Assembly (NCBI GenBank): GCA_046758905.1
Contig: JBHIBC010000001.1
Span: forward strand, 32,343 to 96,342
Length of the DNA stretch: 64,000 bases
Direction of reading: 5' to 3'
Source: Acidobacteriota bacterium
Lineage (GTDB): Bacteria > Acidobacteriota > Polarisedimenticolia > Gp22-AA2
Of this stretch, positions 1 to 14,596 are shown piece by piece. The position numbers were made by a program, and so were the translations under genes. Every line of letters starts with the position of its first letter. Positions within the stretch are counted from its first letter, which is position 1. The notes under the pieces are model-generated. The model was not told the origin of the DNA, searched no databases, and worked only from the letters and a program-made list of their open reading frames with translations.

Positions 1-1741
1 CCTGCTGATCCTCGCCGGCGTCACGCTGGCGCTCGCGGTGACCTACGGACGGCGGGACGAGCCGCAGACCGAGATCACCATGGCGCCCGCCGCCCCGGCC
101 CCGGAGGCGGACGGTCCGGTGGTCGACCAGGCCGAGACGTTCGAGATCAGCGGGACCCGGGAGGGCCGTCCGGCCTTCAGCCTCCGGGCCCGGAGCGTGA
201 CCGGCTACGCCGGAGAGCGCAAGCTGCTCGACGGGGTGGAGCTGTCGATCCACGACGAGCAGGGTGAGTCGATGCGGGTCACGGGCCGGACGGGCCGGTT
301 CGACGCCTCGGCTCGTCGCGCGCAGGTCTCCGGAAACGTCGTCGTCAAGACGACCGACGGCCTGTCCCTGCGCACCGGGACCCTGTACTACGACAGCGAC
401 CGGGACATGATCTTCACGGCGGACGAGGTGGTCTTCAGGGTGGGCGAGATGGAGGGGCGGGGGCGGGGCCTGAACTACCTGGTGGCCGAGCGTCAGGTGA
501 AGATCCCGGACCGGGTCACCCTGCGGGCGGCCGCGGGAGAGGGAGGCCAGGGCCTGACCGTCACCGCCGGCGACATGGTGGCGCGGCTGAAGGAGGGCAC
601 CGCTGCGTTCACGGGGGACGCCCGGCTCCGGCGCGACCGCGACGTCCTGCGGGGGCACTACATCCGGCTCACCTTCGACGCGGGGCACCGGCGGGTCACG
701 GGACTGAGCGCCTTCGGCGAGGTCAGCGCCACGGTGGGGCCCGAGATCGGGGGCCGCTCCAGCGAGCTGCGCGCCGACAGCCTGACCGCCCGGTTCTCCG
801 GGGAGTCCGGGGCGATCGACGAGGCCGACGCCTCCGGCGAGTGCCGCGTGATCAGCGGGCCCTACCGCTCGCGCAGCCGCACGGCGCGCTACCTCGGCGA
901 GGCGGGCCGCATCGAGCTCCGGGGCGATCCCGTGGTGCTGACCGACCGGGACCGGATAGCGGCCCAGGAGATCGACCTGCACCTCCATTCCGAGGCGCTG
1001 GAGGCGCGGGGGGACGTCCGCACGGTGACCCTCCCGGGAGGGCCGGGGTCCGGGGCGGTGGCGCCGGGGTTCGGTGCGGGGTCGGCGATGTCCTTCCAGT
1101 CCGCGCGGCTGCGGGTCGAGCAGCGGGAGGGCCTGGCGGTCTATTCGGGATCCGCCCGCGCCTGGCAGGAGGGGAACAGCATCCAGGCCGACGAGATCGT
1201 GATCGACCGGGCCGCGCGGCAGCTGCGGGGCCGGGGACGGTCCATGGCCCGCTTCACCCAGCCGGGACCCCCGCGGCCCGGCCGCGCGGCGCGCCCGGCG
1301 GTCACCGCGATCAGCGCCCGCAGCCTGGTCTTCGACGACGCCGCGGGCGTGGGCGCCTTCCGGGGCAACGTGCGCCTGACCCGCGGCGAGGCCACCCTCA
1401 CCGCCGACGCCATGGACGCCTACCTGATGGAGGAGGGGGGCCGGCGCGTCCTGGAGCGGATCGTGGCCACGGGCTCGGTCGCCGTGAAGCAGGGGGAGAG
1501 CTTCGGCACGGCCCGGCGGGCGGAGTACCTGAGCCGCGAGGAGGTCCTGATCCTGCAGGACGAGGAGGGGCTGGCCGAGGTCGTCGACGCGGCCACGGGG
1601 CGCACCATGCGGGGGCGAACGTTGACTTTCGATCTGGCGGGCGATAGGATTCTCACTGAATCCGCGACTGGACGGACACGGATCACGCTGACGCCCGAGG
1701 GCAAGGACATTCCCTCCGTTGAACCGAAAACTCCTCATTGA
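1..1741 (+). CDS. LptC/LptA (OstA)-family LPS transport periplasmic protein, 5' partial
   Basis: The reading frame is open to the window edge. The N-terminal [12 protein letters not shown] segment looks like a membrane anchor. Repeated OstA/LptA-like beta segments follow. It sits directly upstream of lptB-rpoN-hpf, as in canonical lptC-lptA-lptB-rpoN-hpf loci. Confidence 0.5.
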   Translation, partial: LLILAGVTLALAVTYGRRDEPQTEITMAPAAPAPEADGPVVDQAETFEISGTREGRPAFSLRARSVTGYAGERKLLDGVELSIHDEQGESMRVTGRTGRFDASARRAQVSGNVVVKTTDGLSLRTGTLYYDSDRDMIFTADEVVFRVGEMEGRGRGLNYLVAERQVKIPDRVTLRAAAGEGGQGLTVTAGDMVARLKEGTAAFTGDARLRRDRDVLRGHYIRLTFDAGHRRVTGLSAFGEVSATVGPEIGGRSSELRADSLTARFSGESGAIDEADASGECRVISGPYRSRSRTARYLGEAGRIELRGDPVVLTDRDRIAAQEIDLHLHSEALEARGDVRTVTLPGGPGSGAVAPGFGAGSAMSFQSARLRVEQREGLAVYSGSARAWQEGNSIQADEIVIDRAARQLRGRGRSMARFTQPGPPRPGRAARPAVTAISARSLVFDDAAGVGAFRGNVRLTRGEATLTADAMDAYLMEEGGRRVLERIVATGSVAVKQGESFGTARRAEYLSREEVLILQDEEGLAEVVDAATGRTMRGRTLTFDLAGDRILTESATGRTRITLTPEGKDIPSVEPKTPH

Positions 1742-2492
1742 GGGCCTCGCCAAGAGCTACCACGGGCGCCCGGTCATCCGCGACATCGACATCCAGGTTC
1801 GGAGCAGCGAGGTGGTCGGCCTCCTCGGGCCGAACGGGGCCGGCAAGACCACCACCTTCTACTGCGTCGTCGGCCTCGTGCATCCGGACGCCGGGCGCAT
1901 CCTCCTCGGGGGACATGATGTCTCCCGCCTGCCGATGTACCTGCGGGCGCGCAGCGGCATCAGCTACCTCCCGCAGGAGTCGTCGATCTTCAGGAAGATG
2001 ACGGTCGAGCAGAACCTGGTCGCCATCCTGGAGACGCTCGACATGCCGCGGGAGGAGATCCGCGAGCGGACCGCCGCGGTCCTGGAGGAGCTGAAGATCA
2101 CTCACCTGGCGCGCAGCCCCGCCTACAACCTCTCGGGGGGCGAGCGGCGCCGCGCCGAGATCGCCCGGGCCCTGGTGATCTCGCCCTCGTTCATGCTCCT
2201 GGACGAGCCGTTCTCGGGGATCGACCCGATCGCGGTTGCGGACATCCAGAAGATCATCTATCAATTGAAGTGCAAGGGGATCGGGCTGCTCATGACCGAC
2301 CACAACGTGCAGGAGACCCTGAGGATCTGCGACCGGGCGTACATCATCGCCGAGGGGCGGATCTTCCGGAAGGGCAGCCCGGACCAGCTCGCGGCCGACC
2401 CCGAGGTCCGGGAGATCTACCTGGGGGCCAACTTCAGGCTGGTGGGGCAGGAGCCGGTGGAGGTCCCTCCGGGGGCCTTCCCGGCGGACTGA
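1719..2492 (+). CDS. lptB: LPS export ABC transporter ATP-binding protein LptB
   Basis: Walker A motif [15 protein letters not shown] signature LSGGERRR and Walker B LLDEP are present. It has the conserved position upstream of rpoN. The start overlaps the upstream gene stop. Confidence 0.85.
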   Translation: MNRKLLIEGLAKSYHGRPVIRDIDIQVRSSEVVGLLGPNGAGKTTTFYCVVGLVHPDAGRILLGGHDVSRLPMYLRARSGISYLPQESSIFRKMTVEQNLVAILETLDMPREEIRERTAAVLEELKITHLARSPAYNLSGGERRRAEIARALVISPSFMLLDEPFSGIDPIAVADIQKIIYQLKCKGIGLLMTDHNVQETLRICDRAYIIAEGRIFRKGSPDQLAADPEVREIYLGANFRLVGQEPVEVPPGAFPAD

Positions 2493-2525
2493 GGCGCGGG
2501 GGGGTCCGCCGCGGCGGGGGAGACG

Positions 2526-4019
2526 ATGGCGCTCGAGCAGAAGCTGAGCCTGCGGATGGCGCAGAGGCTGATCATGACGCCGTCCCTGCAGCAGGCCATC
2601 AAGCTGCTGCAGATGACCAAGCTCGAGCTGCAGGAGGAGAACAACCAGGAGCTGACCGAGAACCCGCTGCTCGAGGAGCTGCAGGAGGTCGCGGAGACGT
2701 CGTCCGAGACCGACAAGACGGAGGGCGGCGAGGAGGAGACCTCGGCCCCCTCGCCCGCCGAGGCCGGCGGGGCGGAGTCGGCGGAAGCCGACGGGGGCCC
2801 GGCGGAGGATAGGGAGCGCGACTCCTTCGACGAGATCGATTACGAGTCGTACTTCCAGGACTACATGGACCTCTCCTACGCGCCGCGTGCGAGCTCGGAG
2901 GAGATCGAGACGCGGCCGCTGGAGAACGTCCTGAGCAAGCCGCAGAGCCTGGCCGACCACCTCCTGTGGCAGCTCGACATGAACATCACGACGGCGCGGC
3001 AGAAGGAGATCGGCCGGGCCATCATCGGCAACCTCGACGACGACGGCTACCTGCAGGCCACGCTGGAGGAGATCGCCGCCATGGGCCCCTGGCCGGTGGA
3101 GGAGGTCGAGCGCACCCTGCACGTAATCCAGGACTTCGACCCGCCCGGCGCGGGGGCCCGCGACCTGAGGGAATGCCTGCTGATCCAGCTCGCTTACCAC
3201 GACATGGAGGGCACGCCGGCCGAGACCATCATCAAGGAGCACATGGGCCTCCTGCAGACGCGCAGGTTTCGGGATCTGGCGCAGGTGCTGGGTTGCGGGC
3301 TCGAGGAGGTGAGGGAGTACGTCGAGACCATCCGCCACCTGGACCCCAAGCCGGGCAGGAAGTACAATTACGGGAGCAACACCTACGTGGTCCCGGACGT
3401 CTTCGTCGTCAAGGTCGACAAGGGCTACACCATCGTGCTGAACGAGGACGGGCTTCCGCGCCTGCGGATCAGTCCCTTCTACCGGCGGATGATCGATCGC
3501 GGCAATACGCAGGTATCGCGGGAGACGCGCGAGTACGTGCGCGAGAAGTTCCGCTCCGCCTTCCGTCTGATCAAGAGCCTCGAGGAGCGCCAGCGCACCA
3601 TCTACAAGGTGGCCCGAAGCATCGTGAAGCACCAGCAGGCGTTCCTGGACTACGGCTACGAGCACCTGCGCCCCCTGATCCTCAAGAACGTCGCCGACGA
3701 CATCGGGATGCACGAGTCCACCGTCAGCCGCGTGGTGAACCAGAAGTACATGCACACCCCGCGCGGCCTGTTCGAGATGAAGTTCTTCTTCCACTCCAGC
3801 ATCAGCTCGACCCTCGGGGAGGACGTGTCCTCCCTGACCGTGAAGGAGCGGATCAAGAAGGTCGTCGCGGAGGAGGACCCGAAGCATCCCCTGTCGGATG
3901 CGGCCATCGTTCAGGTCCTGAGCCGGGAGGGGCTGCGGATCGCGCGGCGCACCGTGGCCAAGTACCGCGAGGAGCTGCGCATCCGATCGTCGAACGAGAG
4001 GCGCCAGGGATTCCGTTGA
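2526..4019 (+). CDS. rpoN: RNA polymerase sigma-54 factor
   Basis: The N-terminal region I (LSLRMAQRLIMTPSLQQAIKLLQ) is followed by an acidic linker. A C-terminal RpoN box (ARRTVAKYR) is present. It follows lptB as in canonical loci. Confidence 0.9.
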   Translation: MALEQKLSLRMAQRLIMTPSLQQAIKLLQMTKLELQEENNQELTENPLLEELQEVAETSSETDKTEGGEEETSAPSPAEAGGAESAEADGGPAEDRERDSFDEIDYESYFQDYMDLSYAPRASSEEIETRPLENVLSKPQSLADHLLWQLDMNITTARQKEIGRAIIGNLDDDGYLQATLEEIAAMGPWPVEEVERTLHVIQDFDPPGAGARDLRECLLIQLAYHDMEGTPAETIIKEHMGLLQTRRFRDLAQVLGCGLEEVREYVETIRHLDPKPGRKYNYGSNTYVVPDVFVVKVDKGYTIVLNEDGLPRLRISPFYRRMIDRGNTQVSRETREYVREKFRSAFRLIKSLEERQRTIYKVARSIVKHQQAFLDYGYEHLRPLILKNVADDIGMHESTVSRVVNQKYMHTPRGLFEMKFFFHSSISSTLGEDVSSLTVKERIKKVVAEEDPKHPLSDAAIVQVLSREGLRIARRTVAKYREELRIRSSNERRQGFR

Positions 4020-4032
4020 GAAGGAGTTCGCG

Positions 4033-4590
4033 ATGAACATCCTGTTCACGGGCAGGAAGGCCTTCCTCGACCGCTCCCTGAAGGCGTTCGCGGAGGACAA
4101 GCTCGGCAAGCTCGAGCGTGTCGTCGACGAGGTGCTGGAGGCTCACGTGATCCTCAAGGTCGAGAAGCACCGGCACCAGGCGGAGATCCTGCTCAAGACC
4201 CGGACCAACACGCTCGCCGCGCGGGCGGAGGCCGTCACGTTCCGCGAGGCGATCGCCGACTGCGTGGACCGGCTTCTGGCGCAAGCCAGGAAGCGGAACG
4301 CCCGCTTCAAGCAGAGACGCCGGCGGCTGCCGACGGGGGCCTCCACCCGGCGCGGCGCGGCGGCGCTCGCCCTCCACCCCGGCCCCGGCGAGCCGGCCCG
4401 GGACGAGCGGCCCCGGGTGATCCGGATGGGGCGCATCCCGGCGAAGCCGATGTCGCTCGACGAGGCGCTCCTCCAGGTGAGGGGCTCGCGCGACCCCTTC
4501 CTCGTCTTTCTCAACGCCGAGTCGCAGCAGTTCGCGGTGCTGTTCCGGCGGTCCGACGGCCGCTACGGCCTGGTGGAAGCGGAGCCCTGA
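4033..4590 (+). CDS. hpf: ribosome hibernation promoting factor (long HPF/RaiA family)
   Basis: An S30AE-family N-terminal domain is followed by a C-terminal extension. It lies immediately downstream of rpoN, which is conserved synteny. Confidence 0.85.
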   Translation: MNILFTGRKAFLDRSLKAFAEDKLGKLERVVDEVLEAHVILKVEKHRHQAEILLKTRTNTLAARAEAVTFREAIADCVDRLLAQARKRNARFKQRRRRLPTGASTRRGAAALALHPGPGEPARDERPRVIRMGRIPAKPMSLDEALLQVRGSRDPFLVFLNAESQQFAVLFRRSDGRYGLVEAEP

Positions 4591-4592
4591 GG

Positions 4593-5746
4593 ATGCCGGT
4601 CGAATTCGAGCTGAGCCGCGAGCAGGAGATGATCCGCGACAGCGTGCGGGCCTTCTCCGAGGCGGTGCTCAAGCCCCGTGCCGCGGAGCTCGATCGCACA
4701 CGCGAGTTCCCGATCGACAACTACCGTCGCGCCGCCGAGCTCAACCTCACTGGGATGATGGTGCCGGAGGAGTACGGGGGCGCCGGCTTCGACGCGGTGT
4801 CCTACGTGATCGCGATCGAGGAGGTCTCCCGCGCCTGCGCCTCCACCGGGGTGATCCTGTCGGTGAACAACTCGCTGTTCTGCGCGCCGATCCTGAAATT
4901 CGGGACGGAGGAGCAGAAGCGGGCCTACCTGGTCCCCCACGCCCGCGGCGAGCGGATCGGCGCCTACTGTCTCACCGAGCCCGGGTCGGGCTCCGACGCG
5001 GCCGCCCTGAGGACGAGCGCCGTGCGCCGCGGCGACACCTACGTGCTCAACGGCAGCAAGGTGTTCGTGACCAACGGCATCGCCGCCGACACCTTCGTGA
5101 TCTACGCCACCGTCGATCCGGCGCTTAGGCATCGGGGCATCTGCGCCTTCATCGTGGAGCGCGGCTTCCCCGGCCTGCGGGTGGGCAAGCACGAGCACAA
5201 GCTCGGGATCACCTGCTCGGGCTCGGTGGAGATCGTGCTCGAGGACTGCGAGGTCCCTGCGGGAAACCTCCTCGGGCCCGAAGGGGAGGGATTCACGATC
5301 GCGATGTTCACTCTCGACGGGGGCCGCATCGGGATCGCCGCCCAGGCGCTGGGCATCGGCCGCGCCGCCCTAGAGGAGTCCCTGACCTACAGCCGGAATC
5401 GCGAGGCGTTCGGGGCGCCGATCGCGAGGCTGCAGGCCATCCAGTGGAAGCTGGCGAACATGGCCACCGAGCTCGAGGCGGCGAGGCTTCTGACCTACCA
5501 CGCGGCGTGGGCCCGGGACCACCAGGAGCGATGCTCGCTCGAGGCGTCCATGGCGAAGCTGTGCGCCGCGGAGGCTTGCGTTCGGGCCGCGCGCGAGGCG
5601 GTGCAGATCCACGGCGGCTACGGGTACATCAGCGAGTACACTGTGGAGCGACTCTACCGGGACTCCAAGATCACCGAGATCTACGAGGGGACTTCCGAGA
5701 TCCAGAGGCTGGTCATCGCCAAGGAGACCCTCAGGGAGCAGGGGGG

Positions 5747-5750
<4 letters not shown>
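4593..5750 (+). CDS. acyl-CoA dehydrogenase (short/branched-chain type)
   Basis: It has a full-length ACAD fold signature, including the FAD/CoA-binding motifs and the C-terminal [15 protein letters not shown]. Its stop overlaps the next gene start (ATGA). Confidence 0.85.
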
Positions 5751-7410
<1,660 letters not shown>

Positions 7411-7414
<4 letters not shown>

Positions 7415-7824
7415 CGGGCGGGACGGCGAAGGTGCGCCTGCTGGTCGGCAAGGTCGGTCTCGACGGGCACGATCGGGGCGCCAAGATCATCGCCCGGGCG
7501 CTGCGGGACGCGGGGTTCGAGGTGATCTACTCGGGCCTGCACCAGACGCCGGAGATGGTGGTCGCGACGGCGTTGCAGGAGGACGTGGACGGCATCGGGC
7601 TGTCGATCCTGTCGGGGGCGCACAACACCATCTTCCCAAAGGTCATCGCCCTGCTGCGCGAGAAGGGTGCCGCCGACATCGTCGTCTTCGGCGGCGGGAT
7701 CATCCCCGACGAGGACCGCGCGCGCCTCCGGGAGGTGGGCGTGAAGGGCGTGTTCACCCCCGGGACCACGACCCGGAGCGTGGTCGATTGGGTGCGCGAG
7801 AACGTCCCTCCCCGGCGGCGCTGA
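7411..7824 (+). CDS. methylmalonyl-CoA mutase family B12-binding subunit
   Basis: It carries a B12-binding Rossmann signature ([27 protein letters not shown]) and has a GTG start overlapping the upstream stop. It corresponds only to the C-terminal 137 aa of track ORF 6358..7824. Confidence 0.8.
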
Positions 7825-7852
7825 CGGCCGCCCGATCCGTGGCCCCCTCTCC

Positions 7853-7881
7853 TTGACAGCGCGCGGGGTTTCGATTAGCTT
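7853..7881 (+). promoter_or_regulatory. sigma70-like promoter TTGACA-N17-TAGCTT upstream of the CheW-like operon; start codon about 13 nt after the -10 (short or leaderless 5' UTR)
   Basis: A perfect -35 hexamer is present. The -10 is weak but retains the T1, A2 and T6 positions. The spacing places the transcription start (TSS) within a few nt of the ATG at 7894. Confidence 0.4.
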
Positions 7882-7893
7882 CAGCCCGGCGCG

Positions 7894-8286
7894 ATGAACC
7901 TCCTCCTCGTGAGCGTCGGGCGCAGGCAGTACGCCGTGGCCGCCGATGCGGTGGAGCGGATCGTCGATCCGGCGCTCGAGCCCGAGTTCCACAGGGAGCC
8001 GCAGGCCCGAGAGGCGACCCACCGCGGAGAGCGCTATCCGGTGGTGGATCTTCACGACATGTCGGGCGAGCGGCGGGGCGATCGCTGCGTGTACCTGTTT
8101 CTCGCCGCCGGCGGCCGCCGCGCCGTCGTCCCGGTCGACGGCGCCGAGGCGATCCGGGACGTGCCGGCGGCCGCGATCGCGCCCCTGCCCTCGTACATCT
8201 TCACCTGCGACCGGCGCCCCTTCAGAGGGATCTTCTCCGACGGCCGGAGGGCCAGGCTCCTTCTGGACGAGGGCGCCCTGCCGTGA
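7894..8286 (+). CDS. CheW-like domain protein
   Basis: The whole 130-aa protein matches the CheW-like domain pattern: RRQYAVAADAVERIV, YPVVDLHDMSG and RLLLDEGAL blocks. No CheA or MCP gene is nearby. Confidence 0.6.
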   Translation: MNLLLVSVGRRQYAVAADAVERIVDPALEPEFHREPQAREATHRGERYPVVDLHDMSGERRGDRCVYLFLAAGGRRAVVPVDGAEAIRDVPAAAIAPLPSYIFTCDRRPFRGIFSDGRRARLLLDEGALP

Positions 8287-8792
8287 AGGCGGAGCGGCGA
8301 TCGCGGTTCTTGGCCCTGCGGGTGGGCGGGGCGGTGGCCGCGTTACCGCTCCACCTGGTGCGGGAGGTGGTCGCATCCTCGGAGGTCGTCCCCGTGCCGG
8401 GGAGCCTGCCGCACGTGGCGGGGGTGGCCCTGCACCGCGGAGCGGCGCTGCCGGTGTACGATCTCCGACGCTTCGAGCCGGTCTGGCCGGGCGCGGCCCC
8501 GGCGCCGCCGGAGGCGGCGCCGCAGCTCATCGTCTGCGTGCTGGGCGAGGCGCTGGTCGGGCTGCTGGGCGACGGGGTCGACCTGCTGGAGGGCGGCCGG
8601 CGGGCGGAGCCGGGTCGGGAGGACGGGGACACGGATCTGCGGCGGGAGTACCTGATCGGCCTGGTGATGTCCGGCGACCGCGGGATCGCCCTGCTCGACG
8701 CGGCCAGGCTCTTCACATCAATGGGCGTGCCGGTCGACGGCGGCCGCGGCGCCAGGGAGGGAGACGGTGAAGAAGATCCTGCTGGCCGATGA
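8283..8792 (+). CDS. CheW-like domain protein (second copy)
   Basis: The CheW-like blocks FLALRVGGAVAALPLHLVREVV, LPVYDLRRF and GIALLDAARLF are present. It overlaps the upstream gene by 4 nt. Confidence 0.55.
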   Translation: MKAERRSRFLALRVGGAVAALPLHLVREVVASSEVVPVPGSLPHVAGVALHRGAALPVYDLRRFEPVWPGAAPAPPEAAPQLIVCVLGEALVGLLGDGVDLLEGGRRAEPGREDGDTDLRREYLIGLVMSGDRGIALLDAARLFTSMGVPVDGGRGAREGDGEEDPAGR

Positions 8793-9978
8793 CAGCATCA
8801 CCATCCAGAAGGTGGTCGAGCTGACCTTCTCGGAGGGCGATTACCAGGTGATCTGTGTCAGCAACGGTGCGCAGGCCCTCAAGAGGATCGTCGAGGCGCG
8901 CCCCGACATCGCCCTTCTCGACGTGATCATGCCGGAGGTGAACGGTTACGAGGTCTGCGAGCAGATCAAGCGCGACCCCTCGACCGCATCGATCCCGGTG
9001 CTGCTGCTCACCGGGACGTTCGAGCCGTTCGACCAGAAGCGAGCGGACGCGGCGGGGGCCTCGGGGCACCTGACCAAGCCGTTCGAGTCCCAGACGCTGG
9101 TCACCAAGGTCGAGGAGCTGATCGCGGCGACCCCGAGGGTCGCGGCCGCCGACGCCGCGGGCATGGATGTGATCGCGGCGGGGGAGGTGTACCACGTCGA
9201 CGCCGCGACGCAGGGCGACGTGGGACCGGCGGCGCCCGCGCCGGCCGGCGCGGAGCAGGGCGGCGCGGTGGATGATGCGGGCCGGGGGTTGGCAGAGCCG
9301 CCCCCGCCCGGACCGGCCGTCCCGCCCCCGCCCGCCCCGGTGGGGCCGGCGGAGACGGCCCCGGAGGGGCCCGTCCCCCACCCCTCCCTCGAGGTCCCCG
9401 ACCCCGGGGCGGGCGGATCGTACCTCGGCTTCGCCGATGTCGGGCTCGGGTCCGAGGACGCCCCGGAGATCGTGCCGGACCGCTTCGACGAGGGCGCTCC
9501 GGCGGACGGGTCCACCCAGAGGATCGACCGGGCGGCGCTGGCGCAGGAGCTCGGGCCGCCGTCCGAGCCGCCGCCCGCCGAAGGGGCGGCGCGCTTCTCG
9601 GGCGAGGAGGTGGACGGGCTGACCGGCGGCTTCGAGGTCCAGGAGCCGTCGGACGCTGCGGGGGGGCCGCGCTCTCCGGGAGAGGTCGAGGCGGAGGCGG
9701 CCTGGACGCCGCCGCCCGAGGCCCCGCCCGCCGAGACGTGGCAGGAGGCGGAGGCGATGCCTCCCGAGCCGCCCCCGGCGGAGCGCGGCCCGCGCTCGCC
9801 GGGCGACGGGGCGCCCGCCGGCCTGACGCCCGAGGCGATCGAGCTGATCGCCGAGCGGGTCGTGCAGAGGATGTCGGACAGGATCGTGCGCGAGATCGCC
9901 TGGGAGGTGATCCCGCAGGTGGCGGAGACCCTCGTCCGGCGGCGCATCAGGGAACTGGAAGAGAACGAGGGGAGCTGA
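8767..9978 (+). CDS. response regulator with N-terminal CheY-like receiver, ~230-aa Pro/Ala/Glu-rich linker and conserved C-terminal helical segment (RomR-like architecture)
   Basis: The receiver motifs are MKKILLADDS, the phospho-Asp context DVIMPEVNGYE and LTKPF. A long low-complexity linker follows. The C-terminus is LTPEAIELIAERVVQRMSDRIVREIAWEVIPQVAETLVRRRIRELEE. A strong SD (GGGAGGGAG) precedes the GTG start. Confidence 0.7.
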   Translation: MKKILLADDSITIQKVVELTFSEGDYQVICVSNGAQALKRIVEARPDIALLDVIMPEVNGYEVCEQIKRDPSTASIPVLLLTGTFEPFDQKRADAAGASGHLTKPFESQTLVTKVEELIAATPRVAAADAAGMDVIAAGEVYHVDAATQGDVGPAAPAPAGAEQGGAVDDAGRGLAEPPPPGPAVPPPPAPVGPAETAPEGPVPHPSLEVPDPGAGGSYLGFADVGLGSEDAPEIVPDRFDEGAPADGSTQRIDRAALAQELGPPSEPPPAEGAARFSGEEVDGLTGGFEVQEPSDAAGGPRSPGEVEAEAAWTPPPEAPPAETWQEAEAMPPEPPPAERGPRSPGDGAPAGLTPEAIELIAERVVQRMSDRIVREIAWEVIPQVAETLVRRRIRELEENEGS

Positions 9979-10020
9979 GCCGACAGGCCGGACGAGCACG
10001 CCCCGGACCGCTCCGGGGAG

Positions 10021-10049
10021 AGTAGGTCCCGAACCTACTTTTTTTGTTG
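10021..10049 (+). terminator. rho-independent terminator (AGTAGGT-CCCGA-ACCTACT followed by a T8 run)
   Basis: It is a perfect 7-bp stem plus a U-tract about 45 nt after the response-regulator stop. A U-tract is rare in this GC-rich DNA. Confidence 0.65.
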
Positions 10050-10104
10050 CCCGGACGCGCGGCCCGTCCGGCCCCGTCGGGGGCTTCGGGTCCGGGCCGG
10101 CGAG

Positions 10105-12759
<2,655 letters not shown>

Positions 12760-12799
12760 AACGCGCGCGGCGCCCGGATCGCGGCGCGCCGCGCTCGCC

Positions 12800-13687
12800 T
12801 TGACCCCCCCAGATCCCTATGGGAGAATCCGCCGGTCAATGATCGATCCGGAGACCATGCGACGCGTGGTCCGCCTCGCCCTCGAGGAGGATCTGGGCGG
12901 CGGGGATATCACCTCGCGGGCCGTGGTGGATGAATCGGTCGCGGCCCGCGGACGGATCGTCGCTCGCGATCCCCTGGTCGTGGCCGGCGTCGACGTGGCG
13001 CGTGAGGTGTTCCGGCAGGTGGACGACCGCCTCGACTTCCGCGCCCTGTGCGCCGACGGGGACGCGCGCCGCGCGGGCGAGGTGATCGCTCTCGTCGCGG
13101 GGGCGGCACGGTCGATCCTGGCCGCGGAGCGTACCGCGCTGAACTTTCTGCAGCGGATGTCGGGCATCGCCAGCCGCACGCGGGAGCTGGTCGAACGGGT
13201 CCGGGGATCCGGCGTCGAGATCGCCGACACCCGCAAGACGGCGCCCGGGCTGCGCGCCTTCGATAAGCACGCGGTCCGGGCGGGCGGCGGAGTCAGCCAC
13301 CGGACCGGGCTGTACGACGCCGTGCTGATCAAGGACAACCACTGGCGGCTCGCCGGCGGCGTCGGGAACGCGGTCCGGCGCGCGCGGGCCGCGCTAGCCG
13401 GCGAGGCCCGTGGCGTGCGCATCGAGATCGAGGTCGGGACCCTGCGGGAGGTGGACGAGGCGCTGGACGCGGGCGCCGACGCCGTCCTGCTGGACAACAT
13501 GGACGCGGAGCTGCTGCGCGAGGCCGTGTCCCGGGCGGCGGGCCGCGCCTGCATCGAGGTGTCGGGCGGCGTCGGCGCCGATCGGATCCGTTCCATCGCC
13601 GCTTTGGGCGTGCAGCGCATCTCGCTCGGCCTGCTGACGCATTCGGCGCGCGCCGCCGACATCGCGCTGGAGCTGGAGCCGGCATGA
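12800..13687 (+). CDS. nadC: nicotinate-nucleotide pyrophosphorylase (quinolinate phosphoribosyltransferase)
   Basis: A NadC-family signature runs along the whole length (TALNFLQRMSGIA, DTRKTAPGLR, LLDNM). The start may be a few codons downstream of the track start. Confidence 0.85.
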   Translation: MTPPDPYGRIRRSMIDPETMRRVVRLALEEDLGGGDITSRAVVDESVAARGRIVARDPLVVAGVDVAREVFRQVDDRLDFRALCADGDARRAGEVIALVAGAARSILAAERTALNFLQRMSGIASRTRELVERVRGSGVEIADTRKTAPGLRAFDKHAVRAGGGVSHRTGLYDAVLIKDNHWRLAGGVGNAVRRARAALAGEARGVRIEIEVGTLREVDEALDAGADAVLLDNMDAELLREAVSRAAGRACIEVSGGVGADRIRSIAALGVQRISLGLLTHSARAADIALELEPA

Positions 13688-14559
13688 GGGCCGCCGGGGG
13701 TGCCGGCGGCCTCCGCGGGCGCCCGCCGTCGCGGGCCGGACGCGGCGGCATCGTGCCGGAGGACACCCTGACGCCGGCCGCCCTGCAGCGGCTGCTGCGG
13801 ACGGCGATCTTCGGCCATCGGGTCTTCTACTACCCTGTCGTCGGGTCGACCAACGATCGGGCCCTCGAGCTCGCGGCGGCCGGCGAGCCGGAGGGCAGCG
13901 TGGTGCTCGCGGAGAGGCAGACGCGGGGCCGGGGGCGTCGGGCCCGCTCGTGGAGCTCCCCGGCCCGGCTCGGGATCTACGCGTCGCTGATCCTGAGGCC
14001 GGCCCTGCCGGCGGCGCATGCCCCGCTGCTGACGTTCGTGGCCGCGGTGTCTGTCGCCGAGGCGCTCAGGCGGGCCTGCTCGCTGCGGGCGCGGATCAAG
14101 TGGCCCAACGACGTTCTGGTCCGGCGTCGCAAGATCGCCGGCGTGCTGGGGGAGATGCGCGGGACGGATCCGGATCGGCGCGATCTCGTGGTCGGGATCG
14201 GGGTTAACGTGAACCACGGGCCGGGCGACTTCCCGGCCGGGCTGAGGGGGCGGGCGACCTCGGTCCGGGTCGAGACGGGTCGACCGACCGACCGGGCCGG
14301 GATCCTCGCGCCGCTGCTGGAGGGCTTCGAGCGGCGGTACGCCCGCCTGCTGCGGGACGGCGCCGGGCCGCTCCTCGGCGAGCTGGAGAGTCTGTCGGTC
14401 GTCGCGCCCGGAAGGCGGGTCGTCGTCGAGGGGCCGGCCGGCCGGATCGACGGGAAGTGGATCGGCGTCGACCACGACGGGGCCCTTCTGCTGCGCGGCG
14501 CCGGTGGGGCGACCCTCAGGGCGCCGTTCGGCGAGCTGGTCCTGGCGGAGTGGTCCTGA
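13684..14559 (+). CDS. birA: biotin--[acetyl-CoA-carboxylase] ligase (group I, no HTH)
   Basis: The BirA catalytic core motifs are GSTNDRA, QTRGRGRRARSW and KWPNDVLV. The start overlaps the nadC stop. Confidence 0.8.
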   Translation: MRAAGGAGGLRGRPPSRAGRGGIVPEDTLTPAALQRLLRTAIFGHRVFYYPVVGSTNDRALELAAAGEPEGSVVLAERQTRGRGRRARSWSSPARLGIYASLILRPALPAAHAPLLTFVAAVSVAEALRRACSLRARIKWPNDVLVRRRKIAGVLGEMRGTDPDRRDLVVGIGVNVNHGPGDFPAGLRGRATSVRVETGRPTDRAGILAPLLEGFERRYARLLRDGAGPLLGELESLSVVAPGRRVVVEGPAGRIDGKWIGVDHDGALLLRGAGGATLRAPFGELVLAEWS

Positions 14560-14596
14560 AGCCGGCGGGCGCGCGTTCCACCCGGGGGACAACGTC

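Noticed and set aside
1683-4109. 808-aa minus-strand ORF antisense to lptB/rpoN. Similar long antisense or off-frame ORFs: 8713..10356, 12817..14631, 17640..19340, 19830..21155, 21251..22579, 22923..24836, 27269..29515, 33758..36361, 38020..39423, 41878..44214, 45939..48701, 48496..51108, 51098..53881, 57847..60564, 60374..61777, 61917..63416.
   Set aside because: The translations are Arg/Pro/Gly-rich with low complexity. Each lies entirely opposite or off-frame to a well-supported gene. These are typical spurious ORFs in ~70% GC DNA.
12760-12799. GC-rich imperfect inverted repeat after the valS stop as an intrinsic terminator
   Set aside because: The stem is imperfect and there is no U-tract. 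It cannot be distinguished from background GC-rich sequence without transcript data.
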